A stretch of DNA of 64,000 bases from the NCBI GenBank assembly GCA_041691135.1, contig JBEPVF010000008.1:8529-72528 (forward strand), written 5' to 3'. Numbering within the stretch: position 1 is the stretch's first letter; each line of letters starts with the position of its first letter. The stretch comes from Candidatus Peribacteria bacterium. Lineage in GTDB: Bacteria > Patescibacteriota > Gracilibacteria > Peribacterales > Peribacteraceae. The translations under genes were made by a program, and so were the position numbers. This document shows positions 17,098 through 27,439 of this stretch, piece by piece. Below the pieces are notes generated by a model. The model saw only the letters and a list, made by a program, of their open reading frames with translations, was not told where the DNA came from and made no database searches.

Positions 17098-18096
17098 GTG
17101 CGTACGTCATTTCGACAGACACTCCTGTCGGCTGCTTTGCTTCTCAGCGTCATCGCCTGTGCCTTTTTTGCCCTTCTCCTGCTGTCGCATGCGGGCCGTT
17201 CAGCTTCCTCCTTTGATTGGTATATGGCCGAACGTGATCGGCTGGTGAATTTGGTCAAAAATGCAACGCCGACAGAGGCGCTTGGTGCGTTACGGCAGGA
17301 TATGGAACGTGATTCACGTGTGTTCCGGCAGTGTCACGCCTTGGCGCATGAGGTCGGCCGGGCGGCGTACGGCAAACTGAAATCCTTCTCGGGTGCCGTT
17401 CTCTATCAGGATGACATCTGTGGTTCGGGGTATCTGCATGGCATCATCGAGACGTATTTTACGCAGTTGAGTGACATTCGTACGACGATGAAGACCTTGT
17501 GCGCACCACTCAATGGCAAATGTTTCCATGGTGTGGGGCACGGTCTGATGTATGCCAGTCAGAACGATCTGCCCGGTTCGATAACGCTCTGCAATACGTA
17601 CAAGCTGTCGTCGCAAAAAGTGCAGTGTGCCGAAGGGGTATTCATGGAAAATTTCGGTGCCGATGCAGTGGATCATCCGTCGGCGTATCTGCGGCCGGAT
17701 GATATGTTTTTCCCCTGTCGTACCCAGCATGATCCGTTCACAGCTGTCTGTTATTTCTATGCGCCGCGTTACTTCATCAGCATTCACCCCGATGCCTTCG
17801 ATGACGCATTTACCACCTGCGAAAAGGTCGACAAGCAATACAGGTTTGCCTGCGTCAAAGGTGTGGGAAGTACGGCGATGAAGTACACCATGCAGGATCC
17901 TGCTTCTGTCGAGCAACTCTGTATGCGACATGGGCCCGTGCTCGAGACACCTTGCATCGAGGGCATGGTGAGTTACTACATGGTGAACTTCGCTTCGACG
18001 CAAAAAGCGCTGACACTGTGCAATCAACTCTCGGCCGCACATCAGCTGCTATGCCGGGCGGTGGTGCGCGACAGTCGCGATTTTTTCACTGACTGA
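17098..18096 (+). CDS. Membrane-anchored Cys/His-rich repeat hypothetical protein
   Basis: N-terminal TM; CHALAHEVG, CGSGYLHG and CFHGVGHG motifs. Confidence 0.7.
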   Translation: MRTSFRQTLLSAALLLSVIACAFFALLLLSHAGRSASSFDWYMAERDRLVNLVKNATPTEALGALRQDMERDSRVFRQCHALAHEVGRAAYGKLKSFSGAVLYQDDICGSGYLHGIIETYFTQLSDIRTTMKTLCAPLNGKCFHGVGHGLMYASQNDLPGSITLCNTYKLSSQKVQCAEGVFMENFGADAVDHPSAYLRPDDMFFPCRTQHDPFTAVCYFYAPRYFISIHPDAFDDAFTTCEKVDKQYRFACVKGVGSTAMKYTMQDPASVEQLCMRHGPVLETPCIEGMVSYYMVNFASTQKALTLCNQLSAAHQLLCRAVVRDSRDFFTD

Positions 18097-18101
18097 TCGG
18101 C

Positions 18102-19247
18102 TTAGCTGCTCGAAGAACTCGAGGAGATGGAGGAGCTGGAGGCGCTGCTGGGGTTGGAAACGTCATGGCAGACGGACGGCTGTCCGCTCGCGCAGGCGAA
18201 GCCGGGTTCGATGTGACAGGCCGCCGAACAGCCGTCGCCGTCGACACTATTGCCATCGTCGCACACTTCGTTGCCTTTGATCAGACCGTCGCCGCACTTG
18301 ATGCCGCAGCGGCTCGGTGTGTCGTAGCAGGCGTAGCCGGTTTCCACCTGGCAGGTGACGGAGCAGCCATCGTCGTTACTTGTATTGCCATCGTCGCATA
18401 CTTCGCCCTTCTCGATGTATCCGTTGCCGCAGGTGGCACTGAGGGTGATTGCGACGGCATTGCTGGAGGTCGAGGACGCATGATCCAGTTCGTCCATCAT
18501 GCGCCGCGTGACACGGCTGTAACTCGAGGCGTGCGTTGCCGGGGCGGTAGGTGATTGTGAAGATGACGCAGAGGCAGGTGTGGCTGTGGCTTGTGAGTCA
18601 GTGGAAGACGAGGCACCGGCAGCAGCCGAACTCGACGAAGAAGACGACGATTGATCCGAAGTCACACTCGATGAGCTGCTGGACGAAGGAAGCTCGCAGG
18701 CACTCGGCTGGCCGAAGCATTGGTAGTTCGGTTCGATCTGGCAGGTGCCGGCGCAACCGTCGCCGTCGCTCGTATTGCCGTCATCACATTTTTCCAGCGC
18801 ATCGATTTTTCCGTCGCCGCATACCGCCGTGCTCTGGCAGATGCTGGGTGTGCCGGTGCAGGCGTATCCCTGTTCCATCAGACACATCTGGTTACAGCCG
18901 TCTCCGTTTTGCAAATTGGCATCATCGCAAGATTCGCCGGCATCAATCTGACCGTTTCCGCAGGCCGGTGCGTCGAGGATGGGGTAGCAGGCACTGGGCG
19001 CGCCGCGACAGGCGTAGCCTTCGTCCAGCCGGCAGACGGAGCATCCGTCATTCACATTCTGATTGCCGTCATCACAGTCTTCGCCCGGTTCGATAATGCC
19101 GTTGCCGCATTTGCCGCCCGATGAATGCGAGGCGCTGGCTTGAACGTTGCCTTGCAACGGTATTTCCAGATACAGATAGGCGGGAATGAGGAACAGCGTG
19201 GTACTCGCACCAACCAGGGCAATGTGTTTGAAGATTTTTGTTTGCAT
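18102..19247 (-). CDS. Myxococcus-type cysteine-rich repeat (DUF4215-like) surface protein
   Basis: Five CG(N/D)GxxxxxExCDDxNxxxxDGC repeats separated by Ser-rich linkers. Confidence 0.85.
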   Translation of the reverse strand: MQTKIFKHIALVGASTTLFLIPAYLYLEIPLQGNVQASASHSSGGKCGNGIIEPGEDCDDGNQNVNDGCSVCRLDEGYACRGAPSACYPILDAPACGNGQIDAGESCDDANLQNGDGCNQMCLMEQGYACTGTPSICQSTAVCGDGKIDALEKCDDGNTSDGDGCAGTCQIEPNYQCFGQPSACELPSSSSSSSVTSDQSSSSSSSSAAAGASSSTDSQATATPASASSSQSPTAPATHASSYSRVTRRMMDELDHASSTSSNAVAITLSATCGNGYIEKGEVCDDGNTSNDDGCSVTCQVETGYACYDTPSRCGIKCGDGLIKGNEVCDDGNSVDGDGCSAACHIEPGFACASGQPSVCHDVSNPSSASSSSISSSSSSS

Positions 19248-19364
19248 CAAGCCATTATAACGTTTTTTGCTCTTCTGATCCAATAGTCACACTGCAAAAA
19301 TGACTTTAGCGCAAGTTTTTTTCGAATGTCGCACTTTCATCTTATCAGCGTACAGTTTGGCCAT

Positions 19365-19856
19365 ATGACTGATCTTACGGCCTTTCTGGCAGCCCATGAT
19401 ATTCGCGCCGAGCGGTTCGAACATCCCGCTGTCTTCACCTGCGAGGAGTCCAGCCTGTTGCCGCCGATGCCAGGAGCTCCCACCAAGAACCTGTTCATCC
19501 GCGACCGAAAAGGCGAAAGGCAGATTCTCGTCACGGTTCCACACGAGAAAAGTGTCGACCTCAAGGCACTTAAAGAACTGATCGATGCCGATAAGCTCAG
19601 CTTCGCCTCGCCCGAACGGCTATGGGAATATCTGGGTGTCGAGCCGGGTTCCGTCACTCTGATGGGTCTTATCCACGATCTTGATCACCGGGTGGAAGTC
19701 ATTGTTGATGCGGCCATTTGGAATGCCGAATCCGTGCAATGTCATCCTTTGGTGAACACGGCGACACTGGTATTTTCGCATAGCGACTTGGAGAAATTTA
19801 TCCAGGCAACGGGGCACAAGGTAAGAGTGTTGGATGTGCCAGGAAGACAGATCTAA
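19365..19856 (+). CDS. YbaK/ProXp-ala-type aminoacyl-tRNA editing protein
   Basis: HPAVFT, TKNLFIRD, LSFAS, LGVEPGSVT and HPLVNTAT motifs. Confidence 0.9.
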   Translation: MTDLTAFLAAHDIRAERFEHPAVFTCEESSLLPPMPGAPTKNLFIRDRKGERQILVTVPHEKSVDLKALKELIDADKLSFASPERLWEYLGVEPGSVTLMGLIHDLDHRVEVIVDAAIWNAESVQCHPLVNTATLVFSHSDLEKFIQATGHKVRVLDVPGRQI

Positions 19857-21277
19857 TTTTTCTCCAATAATTTTCTTAGGTATACCGACGTCACATCTTT
19901 ATAGGGATGCGGCAGATCTTCGGCCGAGAGGCTGAATTCGGCGAGGACGCGTAGAGAACCGATAGAGGAGATCGCGGCTTCGTTGACATGGCCGTGGCCG
20001 TGCTCGTGCAACTGGCGATCGAGGAGCCAGCCGCGGAGGTAGGCGAGGTCTTTGGCCATAGCGAAGCCGGTGCGGTTGGCGGTGTCCAAGTGTCCGCGCA
20101 TGACACGATAGGACGTGCGCCAGGCAAAATTGCGGGCCCGCTCCAGGACGAGCGGATCAATGGTCGACGGTAATGGGTCGTGTGCGGGAACCTGCAACAG
20201 CAGGTGGAGTTGCCGATGACATTGTTCGGTAAATATCTGCGTGAACGACGCCCCTCCTTCGGCCGCCTGAATCGAGAGGGTATAAATATCGGGCAGCGGC
20301 GAGCCGTCGTGATCACCGAACTGACGCAGATGAAATTCGTGTTCATGACGCATGGCCAATCCTTCGTAGAGCGTTTCATCATCGATCTTCAGTTCGCCGC
20401 CGCCGAATAAGAACAGCTGTTCGCCGTTGGCTGACTGGCGGGCGTGGCCTTCGATCTCGTGCGCCATCAGTCGTAGCAGACTTTCGCCATTGCCATTCGT
20501 TGTTACGGGTATAAACACGGTGGGGCCGCGCACCGATTTGTCGCGTACGTCGATGGCCGTCGCGCGTTCATCGATGACTACGGCGAATCCCTGTGGCTGA
20601 TCCTCTGTTTTCAGGATGCCGTATTGTTGCAATGCCCAGACAAACGCATCGCGATAGTCGTCTGCGTCGAAGCGTAGCGAACGCAGGTATTGCTTCTCGC
20701 GCGCATTCAGCAGACTGGTGTGCTCTTCGTGTACCGAGCCTTCACGCGTGCGCCGCTCGTAATCTTCCTGTGCGATCTGCACCAGGAACCGATCCGTACC
20801 CGGGTATTTGTACTGCAGAGCTTGAGCGATGCGCGTTTCGTCTTTCTGTTGCAACCCCTCTACCAAATCACACGTCGCCAGATCGTCATTTATTTTAAAC
20901 TGCAGTCCGAACTTGGCGATCAACAGCGTCCGGTCTTCGGTACGAAAAGTCTGGAGCAGGCCAAGCAGCCGTTCCAATATGGCGCGACTATCGCCCAGCT
21001 CAAATGCTTCGGCGTACGAATACGTGAACCGAGGGCTGTAGTCTTCGTTGCGATGGAGGGCCGCAAAGAACTGTTCGCGTTCATGTGCGATGGACGAAGG
21101 ATCGGCGGTATAGATTTCGACCGGGTTCCAAGTGCGTGTGACATCGGCGATGCCGTGCATGATTTCCTGTATATGTGCCGGCATCTCACTGCGGCGTGGC
21201 ATGCGTACTTTTTGCACGCGTTTGGCGCGGGCCAGATAGGCGGCGATTTCGGGGAGCGGTGAATCGAGGTAGGACAT
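19853..21277 (-). CDS. DUF1704-family putative metallo-carboxypeptidase
   Basis: HEIEGH, downstream EGLA, RVMRG and KDLAYLRG motifs. Confidence 0.7.
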   Translation of the reverse strand: MSYLDSPLPEIAAYLARAKRVQKVRMPRRSEMPAHIQEIMHGIADVTRTWNPVEIYTADPSSIAHEREQFFAALHRNEDYSPRFTYSYAEAFELGDSRAILERLLGLLQTFRTEDRTLLIAKFGLQFKINDDLATCDLVEGLQQKDETRIAQALQYKYPGTDRFLVQIAQEDYERRTREGSVHEEHTSLLNAREKQYLRSLRFDADDYRDAFVWALQQYGILKTEDQPQGFAVVIDERATAIDVRDKSVRGPTVFIPVTTNGNGESLLRLMAHEIEGHARQSANGEQLFLFGGGELKIDDETLYEGLAMRHEHEFHLRQFGDHDGSPLPDIYTLSIQAAEGGASFTQIFTEQCHRQLHLLLQVPAHDPLPSTIDPLVLERARNFAWRTSYRVMRGHLDTANRTGFAMAKDLAYLRGWLLDRQLHEHGHGHVNEAAISSIGSLRVLAEFSLSAEDLPHPYKDVTSVYLRKLLEKN

Positions 21278-21433
21278 GGAAATGATATAGAGCGTTCGCC
21301 GGTTCTTCGCAACTTCTTTGGTTCTCAAGCGATGATACGATCGAACGTCTTCCCGGACTTTTTTGTAAGCTGCGCTCAGATGGGTCGTCATGAGTACTGT
21401 CTCTCGGGACATTTACTTCTTTCCCCAGCGCAT

Positions 21434-21526
21434 ATGGCTACGAAGAGCACCCGTGGAAGCCGGACAAGCAAGTCCTCCAAGCGATCCTCGCGTGGAAGCA
21501 GCAGGGCGAAGCGCGGCACCAAATAA
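21434..21526 (+). CDS. Putative 30-aa highly basic peptide
   Basis: MATKSTRGSRTSKSSKRSSRGSSRAKRGTK, preceded by a pyrimidine-rich leader like those of the core genes. Confidence 0.4.
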   Translation: MATKSTRGSRTSKSSKRSSRGSSRAKRGTK

Positions 21527-21646
21527 TCGCATCAGAAAGAAGAAAAATAAGGAAAAGGGATAAGGGAGCAGACGCAGGGGAGACCCTGCGTTTGGCTATA
21601 AAAAAAGGTGACCGATTCAGTCCTATCTATCTGATACACTCCCTCC

Positions 21647-22438
21647 ATGCTCGTTGCCCACAAAACAGCTCTCGTTACCGGTGCGTCGCATGGGATTGGA
21701 TTCGAGTTGTGCCGGCTGCTGGCTCGCGATGAGTTCGGTATCATTATGGTGGCGCGGAACCGGGAAAGCATGGAGCAGGCGGCTGCGACGATGCGTCAGA
21801 ATTTTGGCGTCCAAGTGACGGTGATTGTGCAGGATCTGGCTGCTCCACAGGCGGCACAGACGCTTTTTGATAATGTACAATCACGCGGATTGTCGGTGGA
21901 TGTACTGGTGAACAATGCCGGCTTCGGGTTGTTCGGCCGGTTCGCCGAGACGGATCCCGTCCGCGAAATGGAGATGGTTCAGGTGAATATCGTGGCGCTT
22001 ACCGAGCTTTCCAAACTCTTTCTGCCCGGCATGGTCGGTCGCAAGTGGGGACGGATTCTGAACGTGGCGTCGACGGCGGCGTTCCAAGCCGGGCCGCTCA
22101 TGGCGGTATATTATGCGACGAAGGCGTACGTGCTCTCTTTTTCTGAGGCCATTGGTTTCGAGTTGAAGAAGACGGGCGTCACCGTCACGGCGCTGTGTCC
22201 CGGCCCCACCAAGTCCGGTTTTCAGTCCGAAGCGAAGATGTCCAAATCGCGGTTGTTCCGTGGCCACGTGATGGATGCGGAGACGGTGGCCGAAGCGGGC
22301 TTTCGCGGCATGATGCGCGGCAAGGCGATTGTCGTTCCGGGCGGCCGAAACAAATTCCTCGTGTTCCTGGTGCGACTTGTGCCCCGGTCGATTGCGCGGC
22401 GGGCGGCCTGGCTGGTACAGCGTGAGGCTGTCAGTTAG
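21647..22438 (+). CDS. Short-chain dehydrogenase/reductase
   Basis: TGASHGIG, NNAG and YYATK motifs. Confidence 0.93.
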   Translation: MLVAHKTALVTGASHGIGFELCRLLARDEFGIIMVARNRESMEQAAATMRQNFGVQVTVIVQDLAAPQAAQTLFDNVQSRGLSVDVLVNNAGFGLFGRFAETDPVREMEMVQVNIVALTELSKLFLPGMVGRKWGRILNVASTAAFQAGPLMAVYYATKAYVLSFSEAIGFELKKTGVTVTALCPGPTKSGFQSEAKMSKSRLFRGHVMDAETVAEAGFRGMMRGKAIVVPGGRNKFLVFLVRLVPRSIARRAAWLVQREAVS

Positions 22439-22796
22439 AGAGATGCTGTCGGATTCGTATCCATAGTTTGCCGTCTTCCACGGTGCTCTTTTCGATGCAA
22501 TCGCGCAGTGAAAACTTCTGCAGTATTCCGTCGTCATAGTCGCCGAGTGCGCCGGAGAGAATGATAACCGGGAGCCGAATTTTTTCGTGATGGATGAAAT
22601 CGAGGACGGCCACTCCGTCGGTACCCGGCATCATCAGGTCCAGCAGGAGCAGGTCAGGCAGTTCCTGTCGGATCATCTCGATTGCCTGCCTACCGTTGCT
22701 GGCTGTGCGTACCTCTACGCCGTTTTCGCGCAACTCAAGTTCAATCAACTCCAGGAACAGCGGATCATCTTCGGCAATCAAGATGCGAGCGGTCAT
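22431..22796 (-). CDS. Single-domain response regulator
   Basis: ILIAEDD, DLLLLDLMMPGTDG and PVIILS motifs. Confidence 0.9.
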   Translation of the reverse strand: MTARILIAEDDPLFLELIELELRENGVEVRTASNGRQAIEMIRQELPDLLLLDLMMPGTDGVAVLDFIHHEKIRLPVIILSGALGDYDDGILQKFSLRDCIEKSTVEDGKLWIRIRQHLSN

Positions 22797-22906
22797 GCGG
22801 GAGTAAGAAATAAGCGGTTCTATCACGTATTTCCAACGTGGAAGTTTCGCTTCATCTTACAATAGTACGGTAAACGTTGTTGACACGATGGCGAGATTTG
22901 TCCTCT

Positions 22907-25432
22907 TTACGCTTTTTTGCCCGACTTGCGCGTCGTTTTGACGAAGAAAATATTTTTCAGCAATTCCATTGTCAAAAACACGATGAAGCTGATGACCAGA
23001 AGAACAAGCCACTCGTGTGCCGAAAGAGGCGTCAGGCCGAAGATACTATTCAGTGGCGTGTAGAGAAGCGCCATCTGAAGCAGCAGCGGAATAATGCTTG
23101 CACCGATCAAAGCCGGATTGGAAAAGAAGCCGATTTCCCAGATCGGACGATTGCTGCGGGTGGTGAAGGCGAGCAGGAGTTCGAACAAAATGGCGAGCGT
23201 GAAGGTCATCGTGCGGGCGTGCTCCGTGCCAAGGCCGCAGGTGAGCAGGCGGGAGAACAGCAAGAACTGCACGGCAAATGCAGCGAACGCATACAGCACG
23301 AAACGGAACCACTCGCCGCTGAAAATACTTTCGCGGGCCCGGCGCGGCGGGCGCCGCATGATGTCTTTGTCTTCGGGTTCGGCGCCGAGGGCGAGCGCCG
23401 GCAATCCGTCGGTCATCAGGTTGATCCACAGGATCTGCAACGGCAGCAGGGGAATGGGAAGACCGGCCAGAATGGCCGTGGTAATGAATACCATCTGTCC
23501 CACATTGGCGCGCAGCAAATACAGGACGAATTTGCGGATGTTGTCGTAAATGCGGCGGCCTTCGCGGATGGCCAACACGATGGTGGCGTAGTTGTCGTCG
23601 GCCAACACCATGCTGGCTGCCTCTTTGGCCACCTGGGTGCCGACAAGCCCCATGGCGATGCCGACATGCGCGTTCTTCAGCGCCGGAGCGTCGTTCACGC
23701 CGTCACCCGTCATGGCCACGACATTGCCTTCTTTCTTCAGCGCTTCCAGGATCTTCATCTTGTGAATCGGCGAGACACGCGCGCAAATGGAAACAGTCCG
23801 CAGTTTCTTTTGTAGTTCTTTGGCATTGAGCGTGTCGATATCCTTGCCGAGCAGCACCGTTTCTTCCAAGCCGATGCCGCGGGCGATGCTCCGGGCGGTT
23901 TCGGGGTTGTCACCGGTGATCATAATGGTGCGGATGCCGGCGAGCCGCGCTTGATCGAGCGCTTCCACCACACCCGGACGGATCGGATCCTCCATGCCGA
24001 CGAGCCCGACGAAATGCGGCGGATGACTGCCTGTTTTGACGGCCAGTGCCAGGACGCGCAGTCCGCGTTTGCCCATCTCGGTGCTGCGGGCGAGAGCCGT
24101 GTGTTTGCCGGTGAGTTCGATGATCGTCTCGGGTGCGCCTTTGAGGAAGGTGATAGTCTGGGTCTTCTTTCCCGCTTTTCGGATGCGGTGCGTGGTCTGC
24201 ATGTACTTGCCTTCGGAGGTGAAGGGCACGTCTTCTTCGTCGATCGCGATGCGCTGCACGCCATGCCACTGGGCGAATTCCAGTAGCCCGATTTCGGTGG
24301 GGTCGCCGATGGCGGGGAGGGCGGCGCGATTACAGGACGCGCAGATCTGGAGCGCTAATGTTCGCTCACTCTCTCGCTCCTCGGCTACCCACAGTTCGCG
24401 GACCGTCATGCGATTCTCGGTGAGCGTGCCGGTTTTATCGGTACAGATGATGTTGATGCTGCCCAACGTTTCGAGCGCGTCGAGGCGGCGTACCAGCGCA
24501 TGTTGCAGCGCCATGCGCCGTACCCCGAAGGCGAGTGTCGCTGTGACCACGGCCGGCAGCCCTTCCGGCACGGCCGATACAGCCAGACTGACGGTCAATA
24601 AGAGAATCGTGAGAGCGCTGAAGTGACGCGATATCCCGCCGGCGACCACAACCGCACACAGCCCGAGGACGATGAGCCCGAGAATCAGACTCAGTTTCTT
24701 CATACGGATTGACAGAGGAGTATCGGGCAGAGACGTATGCGAGACGAGCGTGGCGATGGCGCCGATTTCGGTCTGCAAACCGGTAGCGGATACGACGTAC
24801 TCCGCCGATCCGCGGGTCACGTGAGTCCCGGCAAACACCATATTGTGCGTTGTCTCTTCCGCTGATTTGCCTGTCACGGTATCCACTTTTTTTTCAACGG
24901 GTCGTGATTCACCGGTGAAACTCGATTCGTCCATTTCGAGATGCGATGCGGCGATCAATCGACCGTCGGCCGAGATGCGGTCGCCCGATTCGATCACCAC
25001 GATGTCACCCGGCACCAGCTCCCGCGAAGGGATCATTGTTTCCCGACCATTGCGCCGCACGCGGACCTGCGGAGCCGTGAGTGTACTCAATGCTTTGATC
25101 GCGGCTTCCGCTTTGTATTCCTGTACAAAGCCGAGCAGTGCATTCAGTAGCAGGATTGCTAGAATAAAGAAGGCATCCAGCATGTCGCCCCAGCCGGTGC
25201 TGCGTCCTTCGGCGATGCGTAGAATCACACTCAGGATGAGCGCGGCCACCAAAATGTAGACAACAGTGTCCTGGAACTGGCGCAGAAAAAGTCGTAACAG
25301 CGGACTCTTGGGTTCGGGCAGCTCATTCCAACCATGGCGCTCGCGGCGGCGAATTACTTCCTGCTCCTTCAATCCCAGATGAGTACTTTCAAGTGTCTTG
25401 AGTGTTGTCTCGACGGACATGCGGGCAAACAT
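22907..25432 (-). CDS. Cation-transporting P-type ATPase (P2, Ca2+-type)
   Basis: TGES, PEGL, DKTGTLT, KGAPE and MTGDGVNDAPAL motifs. Confidence 0.95.
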   Translation of the reverse strand: MFARMSVETTLKTLESTHLGLKEQEVIRRRERHGWNELPEPKSPLLRLFLRQFQDTVVYILVAALILSVILRIAEGRSTGWGDMLDAFFILAILLLNALLGFVQEYKAEAAIKALSTLTAPQVRVRRNGRETMIPSRELVPGDIVVIESGDRISADGRLIAASHLEMDESSFTGESRPVEKKVDTVTGKSAEETTHNMVFAGTHVTRGSAEYVVSATGLQTEIGAIATLVSHTSLPDTPLSIRMKKLSLILGLIVLGLCAVVVAGGISRHFSALTILLLTVSLAVSAVPEGLPAVVTATLAFGVRRMALQHALVRRLDALETLGSINIICTDKTGTLTENRMTVRELWVAEERESERTLALQICASCNRAALPAIGDPTEIGLLEFAQWHGVQRIAIDEEDVPFTSEGKYMQTTHRIRKAGKKTQTITFLKGAPETIIELTGKHTALARSTEMGKRGLRVLALAVKTGSHPPHFVGLVGMEDPIRPGVVEALDQARLAGIRTIMITGDNPETARSIARGIGLEETVLLGKDIDTLNAKELQKKLRTVSICARVSPIHKMKILEALKKEGNVVAMTGDGVNDAPALKNAHVGIAMGLVGTQVAKEAASMVLADDNYATIVLAIREGRRIYDNIRKFVLYLLRANVGQMVFITTAILAGLPIPLLPLQILWINLMTDGLPALALGAEPEDKDIMRRPPRRARESIFSGEWFRFVLYAFAAFAVQFLLFSRLLTCGLGTEHARTMTFTLAILFELLLAFTTRSNRPIWEIGFFSNPALIGASIIPLLLQMALLYTPLNSIFGLTPLSAHEWLVLLVISFIVFLTMELLKNIFFVKTTRKSGKKA

Positions 25433-25546
25433 AGAAGACAGTCTAGGACAGTTTGCCGATAACAGAGCTTGGCGAATCGTGGATTTCTTTGGGATTTGGT
25501 AATTGGAATTTGGGATTTTCCAAACACTCATTGTACTGTTTCCACC

Positions 25547-26071
25547 ATGTACTTCCTCCAAATCCTCTATTTGTATCTTCCTGCGTTCGTCGCCAATGCC
25601 GCGCCGGTGGTATTCGCGCGTGTACCGGTGATGCGCCGTTGGAATCAACCCATTGATGCTCAATTGCTGGGGAAGAACAAGACAATGCGGGGATTCTTCT
25701 TCAGTCCGTTGGTAGCGGGCTTCGTAGGAATTCTGCAATTTGCACTCAACTTTCTTCCGCAAGTGTCTCGCTTCTCGCTGATCCATCCATCACTGCTCGG
25801 TGCATTGTTCGTAGGGATGTTGCTCGGTCTCGGCGCCATGCTGGGCGATGTGCTCAAGAGTTACTTCAAGCGCCGGATAAAAATTGCACCCGGCAAAGCA
25901 TGGCCGGTGATCGACGGCATCGATTACATGGTCGGGGCGCTTCTGCTGTTTGCTCCGTATTATGTCCCGACAATAGACGGCATGCTCTTCCTGCTCTTTG
26001 TAGGTCCGCTCGCCAGCTTACTGGCCAATACGGTGTCGTACTGCGTTGGCTGGAAGAAGGTGTGGTATTGA
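25547..26071 (+). CDS. CDP-archaeol synthase (CarS/DUF46)-like cytidylyltransferase
   Basis: PAFVANAAPV, PID..LLGKNKTMRG and GAMLGDVLKSYFKRRIKIAPG..WPVIDGIDY motifs. Confidence 0.85.
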   Translation: MYFLQILYLYLPAFVANAAPVVFARVPVMRRWNQPIDAQLLGKNKTMRGFFFSPLVAGFVGILQFALNFLPQVSRFSLIHPSLLGALFVGMLLGLGAMLGDVLKSYFKRRIKIAPGKAWPVIDGIDYMVGALLLFAPYYVPTIDGMLFLLFVGPLASLLANTVSYCVGWKKVWY

Positions 26072-26072
26072 T

Positions 26073-26639
26073 TCACCCAAGAACTTTTTTCCAGTTCTTC
26101 CGGAAGATCTCGATCATGCCGTAGTAGCCGACAATGATCGACGCGAGCAGCACGTACCATGTCAGATTGAAGATGAAGAACAACGTGCCGATGTTCGAGA
26201 TCACTTCGGCGAGGCCGAGTGTCAGCAGGGCCAGTATGATCGCAAGGTACTGCAGGACGGACTTCAGCTTGCCGGACAGAACCGACGGGATCGAGACGCC
26301 TTTCGAGATCGCATAATCGCGGAATGAAGTGACGGTAAGCTCGCGGAACAAAATGAGAATCACCATCCACCACACCACCACCGTCTGGTCCACCAGGGCG
26401 ATGAGCAGCGACAGGACGGTGAGTTTGTCCACCAGTGGATCGAGCATAATGCCCAGGGGGCTCACTTCTTTGCGCTTGCGGGCCACTCTTCCATCCGCGA
26501 AATCAGTCACGATGGCAATGACGAAGCACGCCAGACTGACGAAGTAGTGGTACGGAAAAAACGTGTAGAGCAGCACGATTGATGCGATGGCGAACACGAG
26601 TCGCGAGAGTGTGATCCGCGTTGCAAGCGTGAGTTTCAT
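26073..26639 (-). CDS. pgsA: CDP-diacylglycerol--glycerol-3-phosphate 3-phosphatidyltransferase
   Basis: CDP-alcohol motif DFADGRVAR...LGIMLDPLVDK, plus RELTVT and SGKLKS. Confidence 0.88.
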   Translation of the reverse strand: MKLTLATRITLSRLVFAIASIVLLYTFFPYHYFVSLACFVIAIVTDFADGRVARKRKEVSPLGIMLDPLVDKLTVLSLLIALVDQTVVVWWMVILILFRELTVTSFRDYAISKGVSIPSVLSGKLKSVLQYLAIILALLTLGLAEVISNIGTLFFIFNLTWYVLLASIIVGYYGMIEIFRKNWKKVLG

Positions 26640-26656
26640 AGATGTGAAGGGGAACT

Positions 26657-27439
26657 TCAGTACAAGACTGTAGCGAGATAACTGCTCACTTTCCATCCGA
26701 ACAGCCGGAAAAATGAGAGAAACAGATGACTCTGGACGGTGTGCACCAGAAACGGACGGCGTCGCAACATGCGATCGACTACTTTGCGAGCAAGCGCTTC
26801 GGGTGCCACCCGCCGGTAGTTGGAAGTGGTGCCGGGGTTGGCTTTGTGGAAGAAGTTCGTTTCGGTGGTTGTCGGCAGTACGGTGAGCACCGAGACGTGT
26901 AATTTTTGTAACTGGCATTCTCGTCGCAGCGCTTCACTGAACGAGGTGACGAATGCTTTGCTGGCGGCGTACACCGCGTAGGTGGGAATCGGCACCGCGC
27001 CGACAATGGACGAAATGTTCACCAGATGGCCGCGATGCGTGTGTAAATCGTGTAGGAATAATTGCGACAAATGTGCGAGTGCCGTGCAGTTCGTGTCGAT
27101 GGTTGCTTTGATCTTGCTCTCGAAATCTTCGTCGGACACGAAGCCGCGAAAACCGATGCCAGCATTGTTCACGAGGATGTCAGTTTGACCGGCGAAGCGA
27201 GTATGCAGAGCAATGCATGCGGCTGCATCCGTCACGTCGGTCACATGGAGCAGTACCTCCGGACGTGCGGCATCCGGGAAACGATCCTGTGCGATCTGCT
27301 GGAGCGCCTGTTGTGCGTTGGCCAACCGCTCTTCGCTGCGTGCGACTACCACCACATTGCGTCCGCGCTGCACGAGTTCCTTGGCAATCGCGAAGCCGAT
27401 TCCTTCGCTTCCTCCGGTGACGATCGCGTAGGTCTTCAT
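26657..27439 (-). CDS. Short-chain dehydrogenase/reductase
   Basis: TGGSEGIG, NNAG and YAASK motifs. Confidence 0.92.
   Translation of the reverse strand: MKTYAIVTGGSEGIGFAIAKELVQRGRNVVVVARSEERLANAQQALQQIAQDRFPDAARPEVLLHVTDVTDAAACIALHTRFAGQTDILVNNAGIGFRGFVSDEDFESKIKATIDTNCTALAHLSQLFLHDLHTHRGHLVNISSIVGAVPIPTYAVYAASKAFVTSFSEALRRECQLQKLHVSVLTVLPTTTETNFFHKANPGTTSNYRRVAPEALARKVVDRMLRRRPFLVHTVQSHLFLSFFRLFGWKVSSYLATVLY

Noticed and set aside
25433-25786. 118-aa N-terminal extension of the P-type ATPase
   Set aside because: It overlaps the divergent CarS-like gene and the 7-bp repeat tract. ATPase similarity begins near MFARMSVE.
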